Origin: Comamonadaceae bacterium
GTDB lineage: Bacteria; Pseudomonadota; Gammaproteobacteria; Burkholderiales; Burkholderiaceae_C
Direction of reading: 5' to 3'
Assembly: GCA_947478725.1 (NCBI GenBank)
Contig: CANJWZ010000017.1
Coordinates: 5,901-69,900, forward strand
DNA length: 64,000 nucleotides
This document shows, piece after piece, positions 37,224-47,206 of the stretch. The first letter of the stretch is position 1. Each line of letters opens with the position of its first letter. The position numbers were made by a program, and so were the translations under genes. Under the pieces are notes generated by a model. It was given only the letters and a program-made list of their open reading frames with translations, made no database searches and was not told the origin of the DNA.

Positions 37224-40200
37224 ACTTCATACCGCTTGGGTATAGATATTGGTACGGGTTCAGTTGCATGGGCAGCTATGGCATTGGATGAAAAAAATCA
37301 GCCAACCCGCCTGATGGCCAGTGGCACGACGATCTTCGGCGAGCCAGTTCTTCCCAAAGAAATGAAGCTCAAAAACGAAGAGCGTCGTCGCGCGCGGCTC
37401 ATGAGAAGGCAGACAGAGCGCAAGCGGGAACGTATATCCAAAATCATGCACTTGGCTGCTGCGCTGCAAGTCACACCTGAAAAATTAGCCTCTGCTCTGC
37501 TTGCACACAAAGAAACGCAAACCCTTTGGCAACTACGCGTTAAAGCTTTGGATAACCGGGTATCGCTCGAAGAGTTTTTTCTAATCGTATTGCGACTGGC
37601 AAAGAACCGCGGTTACAACGGTGACGCCCCAAAACCTAACCAAAAAGGAGATCTTGGAAAAGTGGGCCAAGGTCTCGAAGCAACTAAAAAATTAGTTGAA
37701 AGTCTCAAGACTACACAAGAAATCCGTACTGTCTCCGAAGCAATATGGCTCAGCCAGGCGATGTTGCCGCTAAACCAGAAGAAGTTTCGCAAGCGGGTTG
37801 AAACTGGCACCTACGTCCTGCGGAGTGACATCAAAAATGAATTTGATCTCATACTAAAGGAGCAGTTAAAACATCACGACATGTTGGGCAAGCCTTTGGA
37901 TTTAATTTATCCCCCGCGAAAAGAATCATCCATAAAAACTGCGGATGGCAGGCCAAATCCGCACCCGGGCACACGATATTTCTGGGGGCACACGCCCGAA
38001 ACGATTGGCGAGGCCGTCAAAGTGGCCGTGTTCTACCAAAAGCCGCTGCAACCCTTCAAAGACAAAATTGGAACTTGTACTCTTGATAAAACCAGCTTGC
38101 GCGTGGTGGCGGCGCACCCAGCACATCAAGCATTCAGAATCGAAAAGTTATTGGCCGATCTGCGCTGGGGTGACTCAAAAAGCACAGATCGACTGACATC
38201 AGATCAAAAAAACTTCTTGCGAGAAAAACTCGAATTAACCGAAAACGCTAGCTTTTCAGCAATCTACAAGGAACTCGATAAAGCGGGTCTGATGCAGCCA
38301 GATGGATTGATTCTGAATTTTCATACGCCAAGACGCGACCATTTGAGAGGCAATACAACTCGCGCGCGCTTACGGGGCCTGAAACTCCTTGAAGCGTTTG
38401 AGTTACTGACTTTGCAGGAACAAAGCGACGTATTTCTTGCTCTTGCAGATGATGTGAATTCACCAGAAACCTGGCGGCACGACGGTGCACGAGATTTTGT
38501 CGTTTCAGAATATGGTGCGGCTGTCGCTAGTTTTATAGACTTTATTGCAGATTCAAAAGACGGTCTTGACCGCTTGCGCGCCATGGCTTTTGATGCAGGT
38601 CGCGTTAGTTATGGCGCACCCGCATTGGTGGCGCTAACCAAAGCTATGAGGGATGAAAATATTGATGAGCATTCAGCCATCAACAAGCTGTATCCGCATC
38701 ATCATAAAAAGCAAAATGCGACAGGCTACTTGGCGGAAGTTTCGACACTAGAACTGCGCTCGCCGGTAGTTGAGCACGCACTGCTCTACACGCGCCGCGA
38801 ACTGATGGCGGCTGTGAAGCGTCTTGGCCCACCGCAATCAATGGTAATCGAGCTGGCCAAGGAGGTTAAATCAACGCTGGAGCAGCGAGACAAAACGACA
38901 AGCAAGCAGCGGTATGAGGAGAGTCAAAACAAAAAAGCCAGAGAAGCCATTCTGGATGCGAATTGTAAAATTACCAACACCAGCATACTGCGGTACAAGT
39001 TGTGGAAAGAGCAAGCTGAACACTGCCCGTACAGCGGCAAAAGGATAGGCTCGGTTGCTGACGCAGTAAGCGGCACAAACTACGACATAGAGCACATCGT
39101 CCCCAAAAGACTCCACGGTGTTGGCAATCGTTTCGAAGAAATCGTACTCGCTTCGAAACAATTCAACACCCTAAAAGCTGGTCATGAAACGCCTTATTTA
39201 GCATCCAAGCGGGTTGGGAATACCGTGTGGAACTGGGCAGATACAGAACAGGCTTTGAAGTTTATTGAAAAAGAAAACAAACAGTTCATCAAAAAGGCCA
39301 AGCTCATCCGCGACAAGACTGAATTCAGAGTTGACGAGTTGGATGACGACGCCTTTGTAGACCGCCAACTGCAAGAGACGCAGTGGATTGGCCGGATTGT
39401 GCAAAACTGGTGTTCGCAACTTTGTAACGATGTAACGGTGGTACGCGGTGGCCTGACGGCAGAATTGCGCCGAGACTGGGGCTTCCATACTGTGCTTGAA
39501 CAGGTGCGCATCGCCGAGGGCAGGCACGGCAGTGAGAAAGCAAAAACGCTTTTCTATAAACCCAACCGTGTTGGTGAGTTGATATTTGACAAACGCTCAG
39601 ATCACAGACACCACCTGATTGACGCATGCGTCATTGCACTGTCTACAAGGCAAAACTACACAGATGCGGTGAAAGCCAGAAATGCCCGCGCTGCTGGCCG
39701 CAAAGCTAGTTATGCAGCCCCTGAATGCCCTATCCCCAGTTTGCGCGAACATCTGGTCAAGATGCTGAATGGCTACTGCGTATGGCATGCACCAGATCAC
39801 AAAGTGGCAGGTTTGATGTTTGATCAAATGCCATTCGGACTTGGTAAAGATGGCCAATCATTGTTCAAAAACAACACCAAAACCAGCAACAAGTTCAATC
39901 CCAAAATTGACAAGCTTATTGCCCATACAGATCGCCACGGCCGAAAACATCAGAAAGCTGTTTTAAAAAGCGAAGCTGCTTGTTTTCGCGTGACCGCAGC
40001 AGATGGAATTGAATCGGTAAATATTGCCCAGTTTATGCAAACGTACATGAGTGATGGGGTTCTCTACGTTCCAAGAAATGAGCGCCTGATATTCAAAGGC
40101 GATCTTTTAATCTTTAAAGATGAAGCCCAGGTTTACAAAGTCGCACAATTGAAAGAAGGTGAAGGTGTTTGCGCTGTACATGCTGTCGAAACTGCAACAT

Positions 40201-40328
40201 TTGACGATTTAAAAACAACTGGTCTGAACAGAAGATTTAGCAGGGTAAAAGACCTGCTTGAAGCGCTCGTTGTTTGTCACCCAATTGAACTCGCCATTCA
40301 CGCTAAAGCGCACAAACAGGCTCGATGA
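37206..40328 (+). CDS. cas9: Type II-C Cas9, 1040 aa
   Basis: RuvC-I LGIDIG, Arg-rich bridge helix, KNRGY, RuvC-II VIELAKE, HNH DIEHIVP...FNTLK, RuvC-III HRHHLIDA; followed by cas1 and cas2 only. Confidence 0.95.
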   Translation: MKSKNQTSYRLGIDIGTGSVAWAAMALDEKNQPTRLMASGTTIFGEPVLPKEMKLKNEERRRARLMRRQTERKRERISKIMHLAAALQVTPEKLASALLAHKETQTLWQLRVKALDNRVSLEEFFLIVLRLAKNRGYNGDAPKPNQKGDLGKVGQGLEATKKLVESLKTTQEIRTVSEAIWLSQAMLPLNQKKFRKRVETGTYVLRSDIKNEFDLILKEQLKHHDMLGKPLDLIYPPRKESSIKTADGRPNPHPGTRYFWGHTPETIGEAVKVAVFYQKPLQPFKDKIGTCTLDKTSLRVVAAHPAHQAFRIEKLLADLRWGDSKSTDRLTSDQKNFLREKLELTENASFSAIYKELDKAGLMQPDGLILNFHTPRRDHLRGNTTRARLRGLKLLEAFELLTLQEQSDVFLALADDVNSPETWRHDGARDFVVSEYGAAVASFIDFIADSKDGLDRLRAMAFDAGRVSYGAPALVALTKAMRDENIDEHSAINKLYPHHHKKQNATGYLAEVSTLELRSPVVEHALLYTRRELMAAVKRLGPPQSMVIELAKEVKSTLEQRDKTTSKQRYEESQNKKAREAILDANCKITNTSILRYKLWKEQAEHCPYSGKRIGSVADAVSGTNYDIEHIVPKRLHGVGNRFEEIVLASKQFNTLKAGHETPYLASKRVGNTVWNWADTEQALKFIEKENKQFIKKAKLIRDKTEFRVDELDDDAFVDRQLQETQWIGRIVQNWCSQLCNDVTVVRGGLTAELRRDWGFHTVLEQVRIAEGRHGSEKAKTLFYKPNRVGELIFDKRSDHRHHLIDACVIALSTRQNYTDAVKARNARAAGRKASYAAPECPIPSLREHLVKMLNGYCVWHAPDHKVAGLMFDQMPFGLGKDGQSLFKNNTKTSNKFNPKIDKLIAHTDRHGRKHQKAVLKSEAACFRVTAADGIESVNIAQFMQTYMSDGVLYVPRNERLIFKGDLLIFKDEAQVYKVAQLKEGEGVCAVHAVETATFDDLKTTGLNRRFSRVKDLLEALVVCHPIELAIHAKAHKQAR

Positions 40329-41245
40329 GGACTGAGCGCGTCATCGCCATTGAAAATCCCTGCCGCTTAAGCATTGATACAGCACGACTAAAAATAGATC
40401 GGGAAGGTAGCAGCACTTTTGTAGCAATCGTGGACATGGCGGTACTGGTCATTGATACCGTACAGATTGAGCTGACTGCCGGCGTCCTACGCGAACTGGC
40501 GCAATCGGATGTCGCAGTCATCGTTACTGATTCACGTCACTATCCGGTTGCGCTGGTTGCACCAGTCAAAGCACATACGCACACAGTCCGACGTCAACGC
40601 CTGCAAGCGGCACTTTCCCAAACGTTTGCAGACGTAATGTGGGCCACCACTATTCGCGCAAAGTTAAGAAATCAGGCGCGATTTTTATCAGCCCAAGGTA
40701 CAACTGCGCCGCTTGCCCGCCTAGAACGCATGGCAGCGACCATTGCGCCAGGTGACCCTGAAAATTTTGAGGCGCAAGGCGCAAAGCTTTATTGGAAAGA
40801 TGTTTTCAAAGACAGCTTCAAAAGAGCAAAGCAGGATGCGCCCGACACACGCAACGCAGCTCTGAACTTTGGTTATGCCATCTTGCGCGGACTGTTCAGC
40901 CGGTATATCGCCATCGCTGGTCTGTCACCCGTATTTGGGTTTGGGCATAGCAATTTTGAGAACCCTTGCTGTTTGGTCGATGACTTGATTGAGCCCTTTC
41001 GCCCATGCGTTGATGCGCTGGTAGCAACCGCTATCTATATCGAAAATGAATTCGATTCCAAGGCCAAGAAAACAATGCTCAGACTATTGGAATGCGAGGC
41101 GTTGTTTGAGCGTAAAGATGTGCAGGTTCGCTACAGAATGCACGCGGCAGTATCTGAAACCGTAAACGCTTATGTCAGAGCGCTGGAGACGCAATGTGAA
41201 AACGCAATGGCTTTCCCAAGCGGTTTCGTCCTCCCACTTGGCTGA
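40325..41245 (+). CDS. cas1: Type II Cas1
   Basis: ENFEAQGAKLYW, RNAALNFGYAILR, GH...LVDDLIEPFRP; ATGA overlap with cas9. Confidence 0.95.
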   Translation: MRTERVIAIENPCRLSIDTARLKIDREGSSTFVAIVDMAVLVIDTVQIELTAGVLRELAQSDVAVIVTDSRHYPVALVAPVKAHTHTVRRQRLQAALSQTFADVMWATTIRAKLRNQARFLSAQGTTAPLARLERMAATIAPGDPENFEAQGAKLYWKDVFKDSFKRAKQDAPDTRNAALNFGYAILRGLFSRYIAIAGLSPVFGFGHSNFENPCCLVDDLIEPFRPCVDALVATAIYIENEFDSKAKKTMLRLLECEALFERKDVQVRYRMHAAVSETVNAYVRALETQCENAMAFPSGFVLPLG

Positions 41246-41291
41246 TAACGGCGAGAACGATGGCTACGACCCTGGTCCATTTTTCCGCACC

Positions 41292-41603
41292 ATGTGGCTA
41301 ATCTGCGCTTTCGATTTGCCAACCGACAGCAAGCTTGCGCGTCGCAGATACACGCAATATCGAAAACTATTATTGACCCACGGATTTGATCATTTGCAGC
41401 ACTCGGTGTATTGCAGGCACTTCCCTAATTTTGAACAAGCCCGAAATATGGCAACGCGCATGGGTACAGCAACACCGGAAGACGGAAAGGTTGATTTTTT
41501 GTTTTTGACAGACAAGCAACTAGGTCTTACGCTAAGTTTTCTTGGCCCCAAGGCACGTGATGAACCCTTATTTGAAGAGCCCGAGCAGGGTGCCTTGTTC
41601 TAA
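41292..41603 (+). CDS. cas2: Cas2
   Basis: MWLICAFDLP, GFDHLQHSVY; an in-frame TTG at 41238 is an alternative start. Confidence 0.9.
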   Translation: MWLICAFDLPTDSKLARRRYTQYRKLLLTHGFDHLQHSVYCRHFPNFEQARNMATRMGTATPEDGKVDFLFLTDKQLGLTLSFLGPKARDEPLFEEPEQGALF

Positions 41604-41608
41604 TACGG

Positions 41609-41646
41609 AAACTAAAATCCCCGCTAAATCAACGACTTAGCGGGGA
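41609..41646 (-). terminator. Terminator for the minus-strand array transcript, within the leader
   Basis: Perfect 10-bp stem TCCCCGCTAA/TTAGCGGGGA; followed by TTTTAGTTT on the minus strand. Confidence 0.7.
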
Positions 41647-41649
41647 CAT

Positions 41650-43073
41650 AGTCTATCAAGTAAGCCGCCGACAGAGCCTTGGAACAATGGTCTTGAGGTG
41701 AAGGTCACGCCTGTCAGTCTATCAAGTAAGCCGCCGACAGAGCCTTGGAACGGCAGAGGGTGTTCATGCCACACCTCCAATAGTCTATCAAGTAAGCCGC
41801 CGACAGAGCCTTGGAACGGTAAAGGGTGTTCATGCTGCACCTCCAATAGTCTATCAAGTAAGCCGCCGACAGAGCCTTGGAACTCCTCCTCCTGCAACAA
41901 CTAGATAGTCAACAGTCTATCAAGTAAGCCGCCGACAGAGCCTTGGAACGGCAAGTACGATGTGGTGGCAACCACTGGCAGTCTATCAAGTAAGCCGCCG
42001 ACAGAGCCTTGGAACAGCAATCTTTAACCCAGCCACGTTTGCCGGAGTCTATCAAGTAAGCCGCCGACAGAGCCTTGGAACCAGTGGAAAAGAGATGCTC
42101 TCCCTGACCTACAGTCTATCAAGTAAGCCGCCGACAGAGCCTTGGAACAACGCGAGGGCGATGTAGGCACTTACCACTAGTCTATCAAGTAAGCCGCCGA
42201 CAGAGCCTTGGAACACCGGGCGCAGCGGGTTGTCTCATGGTTCAAGTCTATCAAGTAAGCCGCCGACAGAGCCTTGGAACAAGTTCCTCTTGCGAGAATG
42301 TCTTGCTTGGAGTCTATCAAGTAAGCCGCCGACAGAGCCTTGGAACGTGTTGGGTGCCAGGTCCGCCGTGGTGGCTAGTCTATCAAGTAAGCCGCCGACA
42401 GAGCCTTGGAACCTGGCGCGTGACATTGACAAAAACGCGACCAGTCTATCAAGTAAGCCGCCGACAGAGCCTTGGAACCTGCGTCAATGGCGTAGCGCAC
42501 GTCACCAAAAGTCTATCAAGTAAGCCGCCGACAGAGCCTTGGAACCCGTGGTGGGCGAGCTGGTCTGACTTCAAGAGTCTATCAAGTAAGCCGCCGACAG
42601 AGCCTTGGAACAATAGCTGGAAATGGCGGTGCAGGACTTACAGTCTATCAAGTAAGCCGCCGACAGAGCCTTGGAACGAGGGCTTCACGGTGGGGTCAGA
42701 GTGATTGAGTCTATCAAGTAAGCCGCCGACAGAGCCTTGGAACTTTGTGAGCTTTTTTGACCAGCTTGAACTCAGTCTATCAAGTAAGCCGCCGACAGAG
42801 CCTTGGAACAGGGCGGGCGGGCTTTGGGTGAGCAGCGCAAGTCTATCAAGTAAGCCGCCGACAGAGCCTTGGAACGGCGGCGACGGTGACGATGTGGCCT
42901 TTTCGAGTCTATCAAGTAAGCCGCCGACAGAGCCTTGGAACTGACATGCACGTCTCCTTTCCTAGCGCCCAAGTCTATCAAGTAAGCCGCCGACAGAGCC
43001 TTGGAACATCGCTGGCATAGCGCCGTCACTGGGCGAGAGTCTATCAAGTAAGCCGCCGACAGAGCCTTGGAAC
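41650..43073 (-). CRISPR. CRISPR array, 22 identical 36-bp repeats and 21 spacers (30 nt; two of 31 nt)
   Basis: Repeat on + is AGTCTATCAAGTAAGCCGCCGACAGAGCCTTGGAAC; crRNA sense is GTTCCAAGGCTCTGTCGGCGGCTTACTTGATAGACT. Orientation inferred from the 5' GTT, the anti-repeat and the terminator. Confidence 0.98.
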
Positions 43074-43206
43074 AGTGACTTCAAACGTATGCGTCCGGCT
43101 ACCACACATTGCGGGAATGCTGACATCCAGAGATAGTGTGAGCGATAAACATCATGCACACCATGGCGAGCGAGACTCGCACCACCCAAGCCCCAAAACG
43201 TCAGTT

Positions 43207-43953
43207 CTACTTCCCAGAGCCCGCAATAGCCGCCAAATCCCCACCCGTCAACCAGCGCCACTGCCCGGCCTTCAAATCCGCTGGTAAATCAAGCGAGCCT
43301 ATCCGCGAACGGTGCAAGCCTCCCACGCCGCCTTCGCCTTCAACGCGATTGCCAACCGCTGCAATCATGCGTTTGACCTGGTGGTATTTGCCTTCTGTCA
43401 GCGTCAGGGTCAATTGGTTGGGGCCAGTTTGCACGCAGGCTGCGGCTTTGACGGGCTTGGGGTCGTCGTCCAGCACCACGCCGCTCAGCAGTTTTTGCAC
43501 CTGCTTGTCGTCTACCGCGTGCTTGGCCGTGACCTCGTACACCTTGGGCACATGGTGTTTGGGTGAGCTCATGCGGTGGATGAACTTGCCGTCGTCTGAC
43601 AGCAGCAGCAGGCCTGTGGTGTCCTGGTCGAGCCGCCCAACCGCTTGCACGCCCGCTGCAGCGCCGCCGCCGCGCTGGCGAATGGGCGCGGGCAACAAGG
43701 TGTAGATGCTCGGGTAGGTGCTGGGCTTTTGCGAGCATTCGTAGCCTGCGGGTTTGTGCAGCATCAAATAGGCTTTTTCGTGGTACTGCCAGTCAACGCC
43801 CTGCACTTTGAAGTTCAGGCCCGCTGCCGCAAAATCAGCCGTTGGGTCATCGACCACCACGCCCGCCACCACCACCAGGCCTTGCTGCACCAGCCCCGAG
43901 CAAACGCGCCGCGTGCCAAAGCCTTGAGAAAAAAGAATGTCTTGAAGTTGCAT
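43207..43953 (-). CDS. rsuA: 16S rRNA pseudouridine synthase, RsuA family
   Basis: S4 domain, LHKPAGY, VGRLDQDTTGLLL, TEGKYHQVKRM. Confidence 0.92.
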   Translation of the reverse strand: MQLQDILFSQGFGTRRVCSGLVQQGLVVVAGVVVDDPTADFAAAGLNFKVQGVDWQYHEKAYLMLHKPAGYECSQKPSTYPSIYTLLPAPIRQRGGGAAAGVQAVGRLDQDTTGLLLLSDDGKFIHRMSSPKHHVPKVYEVTAKHAVDDKQVQKLLSGVVLDDDPKPVKAAACVQTGPNQLTLTLTEGKYHQVKRMIAAVGNRVEGEGGVGGLHRSRIGSLDLPADLKAGQWRWLTGGDLAAIAGSGK

Positions 43954-44024
43954 GGCCGATATTGTCGCCGCACGCTAACCGGCGCAAAGCGTGAAAATAG
44001 CGCTTCTCGCATCACAAAGATTTC

Positions 44025-45398
44025 ATGTCCGCAACCCTTCCGCAACCGCCGCCGCTGGCGGCCCCCATCCAGGGCAAATTCGTCACCGGCTCTACCCTCA
44101 AACATGTTTTAAACATGACCGCCGCAGGCTCGGTCGGGCTGATTGCGATCTTTGCGGTGGACTTGCTGAACCTGTTTTACATCTCGCTGCTGGGCCAAAA
44201 AGAGCTGGCTGCCGCCGTTGGCTATGCGGGGACGCTGCTGTTTTTTGTGCTGTCGGCCGGCATCGGCCTGGCCATCGCGGTGAGCGCCGTCACCTCGCGC
44301 GCGCTGGGCCAGGGTGACCGGGAGCGCGCCAAAAGCCTGGCCGGTGCGTCGCTGGTGTTGATGGTCAGCAGCATGACAGTCGTGGCGGCTGTGGCCTTTC
44401 CTTTTTTAGACCCGCTGCTGCGGCTGCTGGGGGCCACTGGCGTGACGGCCGAGCTGGCGCTGCGATTTAGCCGCATCGTGATGCCGTCTGCACCGCTGTT
44501 GGGTGCGGGCATGTGCCTGGGCGCGCTGCTGCGTGCGCTGGGCGACGGCAAACGGTCGATGTATGTGACGCTGGGCGCGGGTGCGGCCACGGCCGTGCTG
44601 GACCCCTTGCTGATCTTTGGCCTGGGGCTGGGCCTGGACGGTGCGGCGATTGCCACCGTGCTGGCCCGCTTTGTGATGCTGGGTATCGGGCTGTATGGCT
44701 TGCTGCGCGTGCACAAGCTGTTTGCCTGGCCCAGCGGGGCGGTGCTGCGCAGCACGTTCAAGCCATTTTTTTCGATTGGCCTGCCGTCGGTGTTGACGCA
44801 AATCGCCACGCCCGTGGGCAACTCCTTCGTCACCGCCGCCATTGCGCCGTATGGTGACGATGCAGTCGGCGGCTGGGCGGTGGTGGGGCGGATCATTCCT
44901 GTCGCCTTTGCCGCGCTGTTTGCCCTGTCAGCGGCGGTTGGCCCGATCCTTGGGCAAAACCTGGGGGCGAAGCGCTACGACAGGCTGCAGTCGACCATGC
45001 GCGATGCCTTGAAAGTCGTGGTGCTTTACGTGCTGGCTGTGTGGCTGCTGATGGGCCTATGCAGCACGCTGATTGCCAGCGTGTTTGGCGCGGTGGGCCA
45101 GGGCCGCGAGGTGATTGTGTTTTTCTGTGTGTTTGTGGCGGGCAGCTACGTGTTTAACGGGGCTGTGTACGTGGCCAACGCCGCTTTCAACAACCTCGGC
45201 TACGTGCTGTATTCAACCGCCCTGAATTGGGGCCGCGCCACCCTGGGCGTGGTGCCGTTCATCTGGCTCGGCGGGCATTACTTCGGCATCAAAGGCGTGC
45301 TGGCAGGCTATGGGCTGGGGGTGGTGTTGTTTGGTGTGGTGGGCATTTGGGGCTGCTTCAAGGTGCTCGCGCAAATCGAGCGCAAGGCGGCAGCTTGA
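44025..45398 (+). CDS. MATE-family efflux transporter
   Basis: About 12 membrane helices, LRALGDGKR, LDPLLIFG. Confidence 0.9.
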   Translation: MSATLPQPPPLAAPIQGKFVTGSTLKHVLNMTAAGSVGLIAIFAVDLLNLFYISLLGQKELAAAVGYAGTLLFFVLSAGIGLAIAVSAVTSRALGQGDRERAKSLAGASLVLMVSSMTVVAAVAFPFLDPLLRLLGATGVTAELALRFSRIVMPSAPLLGAGMCLGALLRALGDGKRSMYVTLGAGAATAVLDPLLIFGLGLGLDGAAIATVLARFVMLGIGLYGLLRVHKLFAWPSGAVLRSTFKPFFSIGLPSVLTQIATPVGNSFVTAAIAPYGDDAVGGWAVVGRIIPVAFAALFALSAAVGPILGQNLGAKRYDRLQSTMRDALKVVVLYVLAVWLLMGLCSTLIASVFGAVGQGREVIVFFCVFVAGSYVFNGAVYVANAAFNNLGYVLYSTALNWGRATLGVVPFIWLGGHYFGIKGVLAGYGLGVVLFGVVGIWGCFKVLAQIERKAAA

Positions 45399-45433
45399 CG
45401 GCTGCCTTCGGGTTCATCAAGGCATAGATCGCA

Positions 45434-45820
45434 TCAAGGTACAGAGCGCATCACCGCACCGACCAGACCAGCGAGCCCCAGCAACACCGTGGGCAAGAAC
45501 GTCAGCCCAAAGCCCAAACCGCGCTTGGCAGGGTCAGCCACATAAGCGCGCTGGTAAATGGCCCGCCCGACCAGATACACCACACCGACAGAGGCCACAT
45601 ACACGGGCGGCCAGTAGGCGGCGGCGATCAGCAGTGCCGGCAGAAAGCAAACCAATTGCTCAAGGGTGTTCATCTGCACCCGGGCGGCACGCTCAAAATG
45701 CTCGTTACCCGTCATGGCCGGGGCCTTGATGCCGTACTTGCCGCGCGCTTGGCCGACCAGAATGCCGAAGTAAATGAACTGAAAAACAGCCAGCAAGGCG
45801 ACGATGTGGACGGAATTCAT
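45434..45820 (-). CDS. MAPEG-family membrane protein
   Basis: FERAARVQMNTLEQL, GRAIY. Confidence 0.88.
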   Translation of the reverse strand: MNSVHIVALLAVFQFIYFGILVGQARGKYGIKAPAMTGNEHFERAARVQMNTLEQLVCFLPALLIAAAYWPPVYVASVGVVYLVGRAIYQRAYVADPAKRGLGFGLTFLPTVLLGLAGLVGAVMRSVP

Positions 45821-45856
45821 GGCTTTCCTTTGGGTTGATGACAGGCCTGAAGGCTA

Positions 45857-46437
<581 letters not shown>

Positions 46438-46499
46438 ATTGTGGGTGCCAAAAACGACATTTTTTAACCACCACAGACGGCCACACAAGGCTGGGGCGG

Positions 46500-47141
46500 T
46501 CAGTTTTTCGATTGCGCCAGTTTGTCCATCCATTTGGCCAGTTCGCGTTCGCTGTCATTGCCTTGGCTGTAAAGCGCGTGCATGGCAGCTTGTGCTTCTG
46601 GCCGATGCTGGTTGAGTTTGACCTTGCATTGCATGGCGAGCACCCGCAGCTCAAAGGCCACGATGCCGCCCATCATCTTGTGTTGATAGTCTTCGCCCAG
46701 GCCGCGCCACTGGTCGGCGTAGGCCGGGTCGTGGTCGGCAATCAGGTGCTTGAGCAGCCGGTCTTTGTCGTCAAAGCTTTCAATGATGCTGGCCTCAACG
46801 GTGCAGTGCACCATCAGGTAGTTCCAGGTCGGCACACGGGCTAGGTCGGGGTAGACGCGGGGCGTCATGTAAGCGTGTGGGCCCATGAAAGTGACCACCG
46901 CCTTGGGCCGCGCTGCCAGGTAGCGCCAATGCGGGTTAGGTTTGGCGCAGTGGCCGAGCAACAGGGTTTGGCCGCCCTCACCTTCCCCGGCCAGCAAGTG
47001 CAAAGGCAGTGGCGTGACAAACGGCTGGCCATCGTCGTCAACTGAAATCAGGCTGGCCAGCGGATGCGTGCGTATCAGCTCATGGGCGGTGGCGTTGCCC
47101 GTTGTGCTGTCTTTGGCGATGAATTGTGGCGGCAGGTACAT
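46500..47141 (-). CDS. paiB: FMN-binding negative transcriptional regulator (PaiB family)
   Basis: MYLPPQF, GPHAYMTP, VPTWNY, KLNQH. Confidence 0.85.
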   Translation of the reverse strand: MYLPPQFIAKDSTTGNATAHELIRTHPLASLISVDDDGQPFVTPLPLHLLAGEGEGGQTLLLGHCAKPNPHWRYLAARPKAVVTFMGPHAYMTPRVYPDLARVPTWNYLMVHCTVEASIIESFDDKDRLLKHLIADHDPAYADQWRGLGEDYQHKMMGGIVAFELRVLAMQCKVKLNQHRPEAQAAMHALYSQGNDSERELAKWMDKLAQSKN

Positions 47142-47206
47142 GGTGACTTATTTTGCCAGTCAACAGGGTCAGTCCGGATAGTCAGTCGGCCAGCCGGGCC
47201 GCGCCG

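Noticed and set aside
42678-42707. Spacer 16 shares TCTGACCCC (reverse strand) with the motif at 36554-36562
   Set aside because: Only 9 nt, with no flanking similarity; too short to indicate targeting.
41686-43037. Self-targeting spacers
   Set aside because: I saw no spacer match elsewhere in this window by eye; the rest of the genome was not available, so this is untested rather than excluded.
41637-43047. ORFs with repeating SLSSKPPTEPWN or FQGSVGGLLDRL peptides
   Set aside because: Translations of the CRISPR repeats.
43074-43206. Possible degenerate terminal repeat after repeat 22
   Set aside because: The sequence 30 nt downstream does not resemble the repeat.
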